This document shows, in pieces, positions 9,056-17,194 of a stretch of DNA of 39,730 nucleotides. Source of the stretch: an uncultured Candidatus Saccharibacteria bacterium. Lineage in GTDB: Bacteria > Patescibacteriota > Minisyncoccia > GWC2-36-17 > WO2-46-25. Under the pieces are notes generated by a model. That model was not told the origin of the DNA. It worked only from the letters and a program-made list of their open reading frames with translations, and made no database searches. Made by a program: the position numbers and the translations under genes. How positions within the stretch are numbered: the first letter of the stretch is position 1; each line of letters begins with the position of its first letter. The DNA lies in contig CAYHUB010000004.1 in assembly GCA_964359755.1 (NCBI GenBank), positions 1 through 39,730 of the forward strand. Reading direction: 5' to 3'.

Positions 9056-9149
9056 ATCGTAGCGCGTGAAATAGTATCCACAGTTGTCTATGGGTAGGGG
9101 TGCGTGATATTATTAGTATTACTTATTATTATCATTTAGCGTTACGCGT

Positions 9150-11924
9150 ATGTCCATAAGGCAGATCAAAAAAAGAAGCGGTGATGTTGTTGTATTCGAT
9201 GCGGGGAAAATAAGCAATGCGATGGATAAGGCGCTGAGCGCGACACGCACGCCATATACCGCAGAGGAGCTCGCGGGTGCGACTGCGGAGGTGGTATGCA
9301 AGGCAGAAGTGACAGCGGGGTGCGAAGGCGTGCCGCACGTGGAACAAATACAGGATATTGTGGAAAAAGAACTTATGGCGCGCGGGTGGTTTGATGCGGC
9401 AAAAGCTTATATTGTATACCGGAAAGAGCGCGAACGCGAACGATTTGAAAAGCAGAACAAACTACTTGAAAAAATAGATGCACAAGACCTTTTTGTCATG
9501 AAGCGGTCCGGTGCAAAAGAAAAATTCGATGCAAAGAAAATGCGTGGCGCGCTGGTGTCGGCGGCGCACGGGTATGAAAATGAGATCAATATCGATGCGC
9601 TTGCATTGCAGTGCAAAGGCGGCCTGTACGACATGATCACCACGAAAGACATCCGCAAAGTAATGGTGATGACCGTGCGTTCATTCATTGAGAATGACCC
9701 CGCGTATTCGTTTATCGCATCCCGGCTCGTACTTCACGGTTTATATAAGGAAGTGATCGGAAATGACGTTGATTTTCGCGATATCACAAAAGCATATCGC
9801 ACAGCGTTTGAGCAAAATATACACGATGCAATTACTGCTGGCGTGCTCGCGCCCATACTTGCGGAGTTTGACCTTGCGGCGCTCGCGCAGGCGATAAAGC
9901 CGGAGCGGGATCTACTATTTAATTATCTCGGCATGCAAACGCTTGCCGATCGTTATTTCGCGCGCGATGCGAACACCGGGCGTATTTTTGAAACGCCGCA
10001 GGCATTTTGGATGCGTGTGGCGATGGGTATCGCTCAAAACGAAAAAGAAAAAGAGAAAAAAGCGATAGAATTTTACGAGGTTATGTCGACCCTTCATTTT
10101 GTGCCGTCCACGCCGACATTGTTTCATGCGGGCACGCCACATGCGCAGATGAGCTCGTGCTATGTGAATACGGTAGAAGACGACCTGGCGCATATTTTCA
10201 AGTGTTTCGCGGACAATGCCCAGCTTTCGAAGTGGTCGGGCGGCATCGGCACCGACTGGACGAACTTGCGGGGCACGGGCGCGCTCATTAAAAAGACCGG
10301 CGTCGAAAGCCAGGGGATCATTCCGTTTCTTAAGATCGCAAACGATGTGACGCTCGCGATCAACCGTAGCGGCAAGCGCAGAGGAGCGACGTGCGCGACG
10401 CTTGAAACGTGGCACTATGATATTGAAGATTTTCTCGAACTGCGTAAAAACACCGGCGACGAACGGCGCAGGACGCACGACATGGATACGGCCAACTGGG
10501 TTCCTGATCTTTTCATGAAGCGCGTGGAAGCGGACGGGGAATGGACGTTGTTTTCTCCCGATGAGACGCCGGACCTCCATCATATCTACGGCAAAAAATT
10601 CGAGGAGCGCTATACCGCGTACGAGGCGCTCGCGCGCGAAGGGAAGATACGGCTGACCAAGACAATGAAAGCGCGCGACCTATGGAAGAAAATGGTCACG
10701 ATGCTGTTTGAAACAGGGCATCCGTGGATCACCTTTAAAGACCCTTGCAATATCCGCTCGCCCCAAGACCACGTGGGCGTGGTGCATGGGTCCAATCTGT
10801 GTACCGAAATTACGCTGAACACCTCGAAAGACGAAACAGCGGTATGCAACCTCGGCTCGGTAAATCTCGCGTTGCATGTGAAGGATAAAAAGATGGATGC
10901 CGCGATGATCGAGCGCACCGTACGCACGGCGATGCGCATGCTCGATAATGTTATCGATATTAATTTTTATCCGACGCCTGAAGCGCAAAACGCGAATTTC
11001 AAACACCGGCCCGTGGGGCTTGGTATTATGGGATTTCAAGACGCGCTGTATCACATGGACATCCGGTTCGATTCTGAAGCGTGCATAGAGACGGCGGATG
11101 AAAGCATGGAGCTGGTCGCGTATCACGCTATTGCGGCATCTGCGGAGCTTGCCCGCGAGCGCGGCGCGTATGAAGCATATAAAGGGTCAAAGTGGGATCG
11201 CGGTCTTTTCCCGCAAGACACTATCGCATTACTTGAGCAGGAGCGGGGAGTGCGCATCGATATTCCTAAAGGCGGGAAGCTCGAGTGGGCTTCCGTGCGC
11301 GCGGCGGTGAAGCAGTACGGCATGCGCAATTCAAATTGTCTTGCGATAGCGCCGACCGCAACGATCGCCAATATCACGGGCGCGACGCCTTCTATTGAGC
11401 CGGTGTATAAGAATTTATACGTAAAATCAAACCAAGGCGGCGAATTTATCGTGGTGAATGACTATCTTGTGAAAGAACTGAAGACGCTTGGCTTGTGGGA
11501 TCATGAACTTCTGGGTAAAATAAAATACCACGATGGCGGCATCGCGCGCATCCACGAGATCCCGGAGCGCATCAGAGAAAAATATAAAGAAGCGTTTGAG
11601 ATCGATCCGATGTGGCTTATCCGCGCCGCGGCCCAGCGTGGGAAGTGGATCGATCAAAGCCAGTCATTGAACATCTTTTTTAAAGGATCTTCCGGGCGCG
11701 ACATATCGAATATCTATATGTACGCGTGGGCGATGGGGCTGAAAACCACCTATTATCTGCGCACGCTCGCGGTGTCGCAGGTGGAAAAATCGACCGTAAA
11801 CACCGCGGAGTTCGGCGCGACGCACAAACGAGTTGTTGAGGAACCGTTCCAAAAACCAGCAGTGCCGGTGAGTGCGCCAAAATTGTGCGCGATAAAAGAC
11901 CCGACATGCGAGGCGTGCCAATAA
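9150..11924 (+). CDS. nrdA: Class I ribonucleoside-diphosphate reductase alpha subunit with two N-terminal ATP-cones
   Basis: Two IKKRSG/VMKRSG...FD..K ATP-cone starts; PSTPTLFHAG..QMSSC, SNLCTEI, AVCNLGS, IAPTATI, KTTYYLR; C-terminal CEACQ. Confidence 0.97.
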   Translation: MSIRQIKKRSGDVVVFDAGKISNAMDKALSATRTPYTAEELAGATAEVVCKAEVTAGCEGVPHVEQIQDIVEKELMARGWFDAAKAYIVYRKERERERFEKQNKLLEKIDAQDLFVMKRSGAKEKFDAKKMRGALVSAAHGYENEINIDALALQCKGGLYDMITTKDIRKVMVMTVRSFIENDPAYSFIASRLVLHGLYKEVIGNDVDFRDITKAYRTAFEQNIHDAITAGVLAPILAEFDLAALAQAIKPERDLLFNYLGMQTLADRYFARDANTGRIFETPQAFWMRVAMGIAQNEKEKEKKAIEFYEVMSTLHFVPSTPTLFHAGTPHAQMSSCYVNTVEDDLAHIFKCFADNAQLSKWSGGIGTDWTNLRGTGALIKKTGVESQGIIPFLKIANDVTLAINRSGKRRGATCATLETWHYDIEDFLELRKNTGDERRRTHDMDTANWVPDLFMKRVEADGEWTLFSPDETPDLHHIYGKKFEERYTAYEALAREGKIRLTKTMKARDLWKKMVTMLFETGHPWITFKDPCNIRSPQDHVGVVHGSNLCTEITLNTSKDETAVCNLGSVNLALHVKDKKMDAAMIERTVRTAMRMLDNVIDINFYPTPEAQNANFKHRPVGLGIMGFQDALYHMDIRFDSEACIETADESMELVAYHAIAASAELARERGAYEAYKGSKWDRGLFPQDTIALLEQERGVRIDIPKGGKLEWASVRAAVKQYGMRNSNCLAIAPTATIANITGATPSIEPVYKNLYVKSNQGGEFIVVNDYLVKELKTLGLWDHELLGKIKYHDGGIARIHEIPERIREKYKEAFEIDPMWLIRAAAQRGKWIDQSQSLNIFFKGSSGRDISNIYMYAWAMGLKTTYYLRTLAVSQVEKSTVNTAEFGATHKRVVEEPFQKPAVPVSAPKLCAIKDPTCEACQ

Positions 11925-11928
11925 CAAT

Positions 11929-12963
11929 ATGCCCATACAAAAAACAACACAAAAAGTAGATATCAATAAGCGGCGCATCATTAACGGTGCGGATGCCGAT
12001 GTGATACAGCTCTACCCGATGAAGCATGCATTCGCGTGGGACGCGTACAATAACGGCAACGCGAATCATTGGCTGCCGACCGAGATCAGCATGCAGCAGG
12101 ATATCGAGCAATGGAAATCGTCATCGGTGCTGTCTGACGACGAGCGGCTCGCGTTCAAAACAGTGCTCGGGTTTTTTTCCACCGCCGATTCCATTGCGGC
12201 AAACAATATCGTGTTGGCGGCGTACCGTCACATCACATCGCCCGAGTGCAGAATGTATTGCTTGCGTCAGGCGTACGAAGAGGCGATCCACACGCACGCG
12301 TACCAATACATTGTGGAGTCGCTTAGTCTCGATAGTTATGAGATATTCAATATGTACCGCGAGCGGCAGAGCATTTACGATAAAGACGCGTTCATTTTAT
12401 CGTTCAACGAAGGCATTTTCGATCCGTCGTTCAAAACAGGGACATTCGAGAACGATCAGAAATTCCTCGAGAATATCGCCGTATTCTCGCTTATTATGGA
12501 GGGTATTTTCTTTTACAGTTCGTTTGCGGTGATGTTCAGTTTCCAGCGCCAAAACAAGCTCGTGGGCTCTTCCCAGCAGATCCAATACATCATGCGCGAT
12601 GAATCTCAGCATCTCAATTTTGGTATTGAAATGATCAACACCATCAAAGAAGAACAGCCGGAACTGTGGACGAAAGAATTTCAAGAAAGAATAGTCGGGC
12701 TGGTGAGAAAAGCAGTGGAACTTGAATATGCATTCGCGGTGGATTGTTTTCCAAAAGGGATATTAGGCATCAACTCCGAAAGTTTTAAAACATACATCGA
12801 ATACATCGCCGATCGGCGGCTTCAGCGCGTCGGCTTGCCCGTGCAATACGGCAGCCCCAATCCGTTCCCGTGGATGTCTGAAGCGGTAGACCTCAACAAA
12901 GAAAAGAATTTCTTTGAAACCCGCGTCACCGAATATAAAACCGGAGGAACCCTGGAGTGGTAG
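11929..12963 (+). CDS. nrdB: Class Ia ribonucleotide reductase beta subunit
   Basis: NHWLPTEI, FFSTADS (Asp ligand), EEAIHTHAY (radical Tyr present), MEGIFFY, RDESQH, EKNFFETRVTEY. Confidence 0.97.
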   Translation: MPIQKTTQKVDINKRRIINGADADVIQLYPMKHAFAWDAYNNGNANHWLPTEISMQQDIEQWKSSSVLSDDERLAFKTVLGFFSTADSIAANNIVLAAYRHITSPECRMYCLRQAYEEAIHTHAYQYIVESLSLDSYEIFNMYRERQSIYDKDAFILSFNEGIFDPSFKTGTFENDQKFLENIAVFSLIMEGIFFYSSFAVMFSFQRQNKLVGSSQQIQYIMRDESQHLNFGIEMINTIKEEQPELWTKEFQERIVGLVRKAVELEYAFAVDCFPKGILGINSESFKTYIEYIADRRLQRVGLPVQYGSPNPFPWMSEAVDLNKEKNFFETRVTEYKTGGTLEW

Positions 12964-12971
12964 AAAAACCC

Positions 12972-13000
12972 TTGCGTAAACAAGGTTTTGTATTTAAAAT
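12972..13000 (+). promoter_or_regulatory. Candidate promoter overlapping the hairpin after nrdB
   Basis: TTGCGT, 17 nt, TAAAAT; overlaps the AAAACC.TTG...CAAGGTTTT stem. Confidence 0.45.
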
Positions 13001-13018
13001 TTTAAATAAAAACTATTT

Positions 13019-13651
13019 ATGTCAATAATTAATGAAAATTTTTATCGACTTGAGGGAGTAGTTCCTTTATTAAAGAAAATGGGAGATATTACTCAGACAT
13101 CTTCTCCTCGACGACTTTGGCTAAGGAGATTTGCTTTGTTGGAAAATTTAAATAATTATTATCGCTTTTCGGTAAGTTCAGTAATGCTTTTTCAAGAATC
13201 GATTCAGAAAAGCGTAAATGCTTTGTCGGAAGATAAGAAAACAGATTGTTTTGATGATGAATCACATTCTTCAGCAATCGCTTTTTATAGTCATTGTCGG
13301 GTTTGCTTAGAGTCGAGTCGATTATTATTTGAAGAGGCAATATTTTCTTCTGCTAACGACGACCATGCAAAATTATTACAGCAGCATCGTGATAATTATG
13401 TTAAATGGGCTCGCGAGGTTATAGAAAAAAGAAACGATATAACTGCACATCCTCATAATGTACGGAAAATGATTGTTGGAAGCCCGAGTTCGTGGGGTAC
13501 TAATGGAAAGGTAACGTTCAATATAATAGATTTAGAGCATATAACTATACCTGAAAAAGTTTATGAATTAGATCCTGCGGAAGATCTTCTGACGTTAAAA
13601 AAATACACTGAGGAAGCCGTGTCACACTTGAGATTAATTTGGGGTATTTAG
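13019..13651 (+). CDS. AT-rich hypothetical protein, putative HEPN-domain RNase
   Basis: Helical-looking sequence with W...VIEKRNDITAHP (R-x5-H HEPN-like motif); base composition visibly differs from the flanking genes. Confidence 0.6.
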   Translation: MSIINENFYRLEGVVPLLKKMGDITQTSSPRRLWLRRFALLENLNNYYRFSVSSVMLFQESIQKSVNALSEDKKTDCFDDESHSSAIAFYSHCRVCLESSRLLFEEAIFSSANDDHAKLLQQHRDNYVKWAREVIEKRNDITAHPHNVRKMIVGSPSSWGTNGKVTFNIIDLEHITIPEKVYELDPAEDLLTLKKYTEEAVSHLRLIWGI

Positions 13652-13665
13652 TTTGGTTTTTGGTC

Positions 13666-13694
13666 TTGCAAGTTTTAGTCATAAAAACTAAAAT
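13666..13694 (+). promoter_or_regulatory. Candidate promoter for the DUF4190-like gene
   Basis: TTGCAA, 17 nt, TAAAAT. Confidence 0.5.
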
Positions 13695-13741
13695 AAAGAT
13701 AATCCTGTTTTCAGTACTTTAATTTTTTTAAATGTATTAAT

Positions 13742-14011
13742 ATGAGTCAAGAAGTGCCAGAAAATAGCATGGAGTTAAAAGTGAAAAGGTATAATAAGCC
13801 CGCAATAATTGGTTTTGTTTTGTCCATTTTTTCGATTTTCGGGCTTGGTTTAGCAGGATTAATTGGCTTTATTCTAGGCATTGTCGCTTTAACGCAGATT
13901 AAACATACTCGACATAAGGGTAGGGGGTTTGCTATCGCGGCAATTATTATTGGATTTATTTGGAGTTTTGGCGTTGGAATACTAAGGCGACTTATGGAGG
14001 CGGGATTTTAG
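13742..14011 (+). CDS. DUF4190-like small membrane protein
   Basis: N..AIIGFVLSI....GLIGFILGIVALTQIK....KGRGFAIAAIIIG matches the DUF4190 pattern. Confidence 0.85.
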   Translation: MSQEVPENSMELKVKRYNKPAIIGFVLSIFSIFGLGLAGLIGFILGIVALTQIKHTRHKGRGFAIAAIIIGFIWSFGVGILRRLMEAGF

Positions 14012-14063
14012 AAGTGTTAATGCGAAGCTTCTTACGGCGAGATAGTTAGGATATTATCATAGA

Positions 14064-14121
14064 CATATGTCCAAATCGCAGATATTTCTCGCGCTCATGT
14101 TGTTTTTTGTCGGAGGCGTTG
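14064..14121 (+). repeat. Direct repeat copy 1 of the comEC 5' end (58 bp; copy 2 at 14713-14770)
   Basis: 55 of 58 positions identical to 14713-14770 by manual alignment. Confidence 0.93.
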
Positions 14122-14129
14122 AGATCTAA
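14067..14129 (+). pseudogene. Truncated comEC N-terminal remnant (20 codons)
   Basis: MSKSQIFLALMLFFVGGVEI* versus intact MSKSRIFLAVMLFFVGGVAL... Confidence 0.8.
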
Positions 14130-14159
14130 TTATTTGTTTTTTAAAAAAAAGTAGAAATG

Positions 14160-14193
14160 AAAAAAGGCGGCTATATTACAGCACGCCTTTTTC
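14160..14193 (-). terminator. Terminator of the 133-aa membrane protein gene (possibly bidirectional)
   Basis: AAAAAAGGCG.GCT...AGC.CGCCTTTTT stem with A/T tracts on both sides. Confidence 0.65.
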
Positions 14194-14207
14194 GTTTATG
14201 TTTCTCC

Positions 14208-14609
14208 TTAGTTTCCAAGGAGAAATTTTTTTATTTTTTTCCGTGCGATGTCGTCGAGGTATAATGTCATTAACGACAGTGGTAAAAATATAACGCCTGC
14301 CATTAAGCCGATCTCCAGTCCGAAGACGAGCCCAAGGAATGGAGAACCAATCAGACTGATGCCAAAAAAATTACCCGCCATTGATGGGCGCACTAGTATC
14401 CTTTCTAGTACCCATCCGTTGGTGAGAAGAAGGGTAAGGATAGCGGTAAATGGGGGCACTAATAAAACGTCCCACCATCGTGAAATACCAAACAGGTGAG
14501 AAACTGGAACAGACCCCATGGAGAGATACCATGTTCCCCAGAATATCCCGGTGATCATTGTAGACAAAAGCGTCAACCTCACTACCAAGTTCTTTCTTTT
14601 CCAGTCCAT
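14208..14609 (-). CDS. Hypothetical multi-pass membrane protein, 133 aa
   Basis: About four hydrophobic segments and a basic C-terminus; AAAGGAGG RBS, own promoter and terminator. Confidence 0.8.
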   Translation of the reverse strand: MDWKRKNLVVRLTLLSTMITGIFWGTWYLSMGSVPVSHLFGISRWWDVLLVPPFTAILTLLLTNGWVLERILVRPSMAGNFFGISLIGSPFLGLVFGLEIGLMAGVIFLPLSLMTLYLDDIARKKIKKFLLGN

Positions 14610-14657
14610 AATTCTACCCTCCTTTGTTATTTAGTTTTTAAGGTTTCTATTTACACG

Positions 14658-14707
14658 AGCATATCACAAAATAACAATTTGTCAATAGGCGCTTCTTTTA
14701 GTAGAAT
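14658..14707. promoter_or_regulatory. Divergent promoters with overlapping -35 boxes (133-aa gene on -, comEC on +)
   Basis: Minus strand TTGACA-16-TATGCT with a TG extension; plus strand TTGTCA (14679-84)-17-TAGAAT (14702-07). Confidence 0.55.
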
Positions 14708-14715
14708 GAATGCAT

Positions 14716-16068
14716 ATGTCCAAATCGCGGATATTTCTCGCGGTCATGCTGTTTTTTGTCGGAGGCGTTGCGCTCCGCTCTTTTTTTGCCATTGAAGAAA
14801 TATATGTGCTTATCGGCATCGGGGTGCTTGCATGCGTGATGCTTGCGTTCTCGCGCGACATGAAGGTTGTGCTGTATTCCGCGATGGCGGGCGTGTCGCT
14901 TGTCGGTATGCTATGGTTTGCATCATTTGAACCGCGGCAGTTCGTGCTCGAAAAACAAGTGGGGACGAACATAACCATAGAAGGAGAGGTGGTGCGCGAC
15001 CCTGAATTCCGCAATACCACTCAGCGGCTGGTGGTGGCGCCGCAGAGCGCGTCCGCAGAAAAGATACTCGTCGTTGCGCCGCGGTATCCCGAAACGGCAT
15101 ATGGCGATACGGTGCGTGTGACGGGCATACTCAAACGGCCGGAAAATTTCAGCGGATTTGACTACGCGGGGTATCTCGCGAAAGACGATATTTATTTTAC
15201 GATGAATTACGCGGATGTTGCGCTGGTGCGCGAGGGGAGCGGTATACGGCGAAGCCTGTTTGCATTTAAAAATCAGCTGAAAGAAAATATCGATCTCGCG
15301 ATGCCGTCTCCGCATGCCTCATTTGTAAACGGCATACTGCTGGGGGATACCGCTGACATGCCTAAAGAACTTGATGAGGCGTTTGTCGCATCAGGCGTAT
15401 CGCATCTTACCGCACTTTCGGGCTACAACATCACTATCATCGCGGTATTTGTCGCGTTCGCGCTGTCGTTCTTTTTTACGTCATCGGGGGTGATCACCGT
15501 GCTTTCTATTATAGGTATCGCGCTTTTTGTGCTGATGACGGGCGCGTCGCCGTCGGTCGTGCGAGCGGCGATCATGGGTGTCGCGCTTCTTTTGGCGCGC
15601 CACGCTGGGAGGCAGAGCGCGCCGCTTATCGTGATCGTATTTGCCGCGTTTGTGATGATTGTGGCCAATCCGCGCGTGCTGGTGTTTGACATCGGCTTTC
15701 AGCTTTCATTTTTGGCGGTGCTCGGGCTTGCGTATGTCGCGCCGTATCTGCAAAAGAAAATGATGCGCGTACCCGAGTTTTTAAAATGGAAAGAAGCGTT
15801 TGTTGCAACTATTTCCGCGCAGATTGCGGTACTCCCGCTTCTTGCGTATCAGTTCGGGCAAGTATCGCTTGTGTCGCCGATGGTCAATGTACTTGTGCTT
15901 CCGCTTATGCCGTTTGCGATGCTGTTTGGGTTTTTGACCGGCGCGGCGGGGTTTATTGCGCCGCTTGCGGCAAAAGTATTCGCATATCCGCTGTGGTGCA
16001 TCACCGCGTACCAGCTTTATGTCATTGAATATTTCGCATCGCTCCCGCATTCGCTTATTTCACTGTAA
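14716..16068 (+). CDS. comEC: ComEC/Rec2 DNA-uptake channel (OB-fold/DUF4131 plus Competence domain; no MBL domain)
   Basis: YGDTVRVTGILKRP..FDYAGYL, GILLGD, SGVSHLTALSGYN, PSVVRAAIMG, DIGFQLSFLA. Confidence 0.95.
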   Translation: MSKSRIFLAVMLFFVGGVALRSFFAIEEIYVLIGIGVLACVMLAFSRDMKVVLYSAMAGVSLVGMLWFASFEPRQFVLEKQVGTNITIEGEVVRDPEFRNTTQRLVVAPQSASAEKILVVAPRYPETAYGDTVRVTGILKRPENFSGFDYAGYLAKDDIYFTMNYADVALVREGSGIRRSLFAFKNQLKENIDLAMPSPHASFVNGILLGDTADMPKELDEAFVASGVSHLTALSGYNITIIAVFVAFALSFFFTSSGVITVLSIIGIALFVLMTGASPSVVRAAIMGVALLLARHAGRQSAPLIVIVFAAFVMIVANPRVLVFDIGFQLSFLAVLGLAYVAPYLQKKMMRVPEFLKWKEAFVATISAQIAVLPLLAYQFGQVSLVSPMVNVLVLPLMPFAMLFGFLTGAAGFIAPLAAKVFAYPLWCITAYQLYVIEYFASLPHSLISL

Positions 16069-16075
16069 TCATATC

Positions 16076-16189
16076 TGGTAACCGTTTCAATTCCTTTTCT
16101 TTTAATCCTCTCACGCCCCTTTATATAAATAATAATGAAGGGCTGCGCTTCCGTTAAGATAAAAAGAAAAGGAATTGAAACGGTTACCA
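16076..16189. repeat. Long-hairpin repeat element, copy A
   Basis: 28-bp perfect inverted arms (16076-16103/16162-16189); core shared with 39459-39581 in the opposite orientation. Confidence 0.88.
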
Positions 16190-16200
16190 ACAAAAAACAA

Positions 16201-17052
16201 ATGAATAAACGATATTATTTTTTCTTTCTTGTTTTCACCGCGATATCCGTGTGGGCTTTTGCGGTTGCAGGCGCCCCGCGCGATTTTCTTTCGGTGTATG
16301 CACTCGACATCGGGCAGGGTGACGCTATTTTTATCGAAACGCCACAGCGGCATCAGATACTGATTGACGGAGGGCCGGATGCGCGCGTGGTTTCGGAGCT
16401 TGGGAGCGTCATGTCGTTTTGGGACAGAAGCATCGATCTTATCGTGCTCACACACCCGCAGGAAGATCATATGTTCGGTCTTCTTGAGGTGTTGCGCCGC
16501 TATGATGTGGCGAATGTGCTTTTGACCGGTGTGAATTATCACACGCGCACGTATGAGGAGTTCAAAAAAGCGGTAGAAAAAGAAGGCGCGCGCGTGACAT
16601 TGGCTCGTGCAGGCGAGAATATCCGGTTTGATGACGGCGTAGCAATAGCTATTTTGTTTCCGGCAAATGCGATAGCGGGAATAGATGCGCCTGCCGATGT
16701 GAATGACACTTCTGTCGCGGCGCGCCTGCGGTTTGGAGAAAAGACATTTCTTTTTATGGGAGATGCGGGCATGCAGGAAGAGGCGGCGCTGATACATTCC
16801 GGGGACAATATTGATATTGATGTATTGAAGGTGAGTCATCATGGGTCAAAAACCTCCACATCGCAGCTGTTTTTGGAAAAGACGACGCCCGCGCTTGCGG
16901 TTGTGTCGGTCGGCGCAAAGAATAAATACGGGCACCCGCACCAGGATACGCTCGCGCGGCTGAGAGGCGTTCCGTTGTATCGCACCGATACGCAGGGAAG
17001 GATCGCGGTATATACCGACGGCGAGCGTATCAGTGTCGCAACGGAGCGCTGA
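16201..17052 (+). CDS. Stand-alone ComEC-type metallo-beta-lactamase-fold nuclease
   Basis: N-terminal TM, LDIGQGDAIFI, LIDGG, LTHPQEDH, FMGDA, KVSHHGSKTS, NKYGHPH, RTD..G. Start 16201 preferred because 16135 lies inside the repeat. Confidence 0.92.
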   Translation: MNKRYYFFFLVFTAISVWAFAVAGAPRDFLSVYALDIGQGDAIFIETPQRHQILIDGGPDARVVSELGSVMSFWDRSIDLIVLTHPQEDHMFGLLEVLRRYDVANVLLTGVNYHTRTYEEFKKAVEKEGARVTLARAGENIRFDDGVAIAILFPANAIAGIDAPADVNDTSVAARLRFGEKTFLFMGDAGMQEEAALIHSGDNIDIDVLKVSHHGSKTSTSQLFLEKTTPALAVVSVGAKNKYGHPHQDTLARLRGVPLYRTDTQGRIAVYTDGERISVATER

Positions 17053-17077
17053 CGTGTATCAATAAAGTAATACAATT

Positions 17078-17113
17078 ATCACAAACTCACGCGTATGCGT
17101 GAGTTTGTGATTT
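17078..17113 (+). terminator. Terminator hairpin after the comEC MBL gene
   Basis: ATCACAAACTCACGC-GTAT-GCGTGAGTTTGTGAT, a perfect 15-bp stem. Confidence 0.75.
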
Positions 17114-17194
17114 ATGGGCGATGTGCGCGCGGGTGGGCGCTTGTATTTTCGTTGAAGATATGATATTTTTCGAGCATTAATTTTAAAAAACGCC

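Noticed and set aside
11929-12963. Class Ic (Mn/Fe, Chlamydia-type) RNR beta subunit
   Set aside because: It has Asp at the first ligand and Tyr at the radical position; class Ic has Glu and Phe.
16135-16200. Longer N-terminus for the MBL gene given in the ORF track
   Set aside because: That start lies inside the hairpin repeat; ATG 16201 directly precedes a typical basic-plus-hydrophobic anchor.
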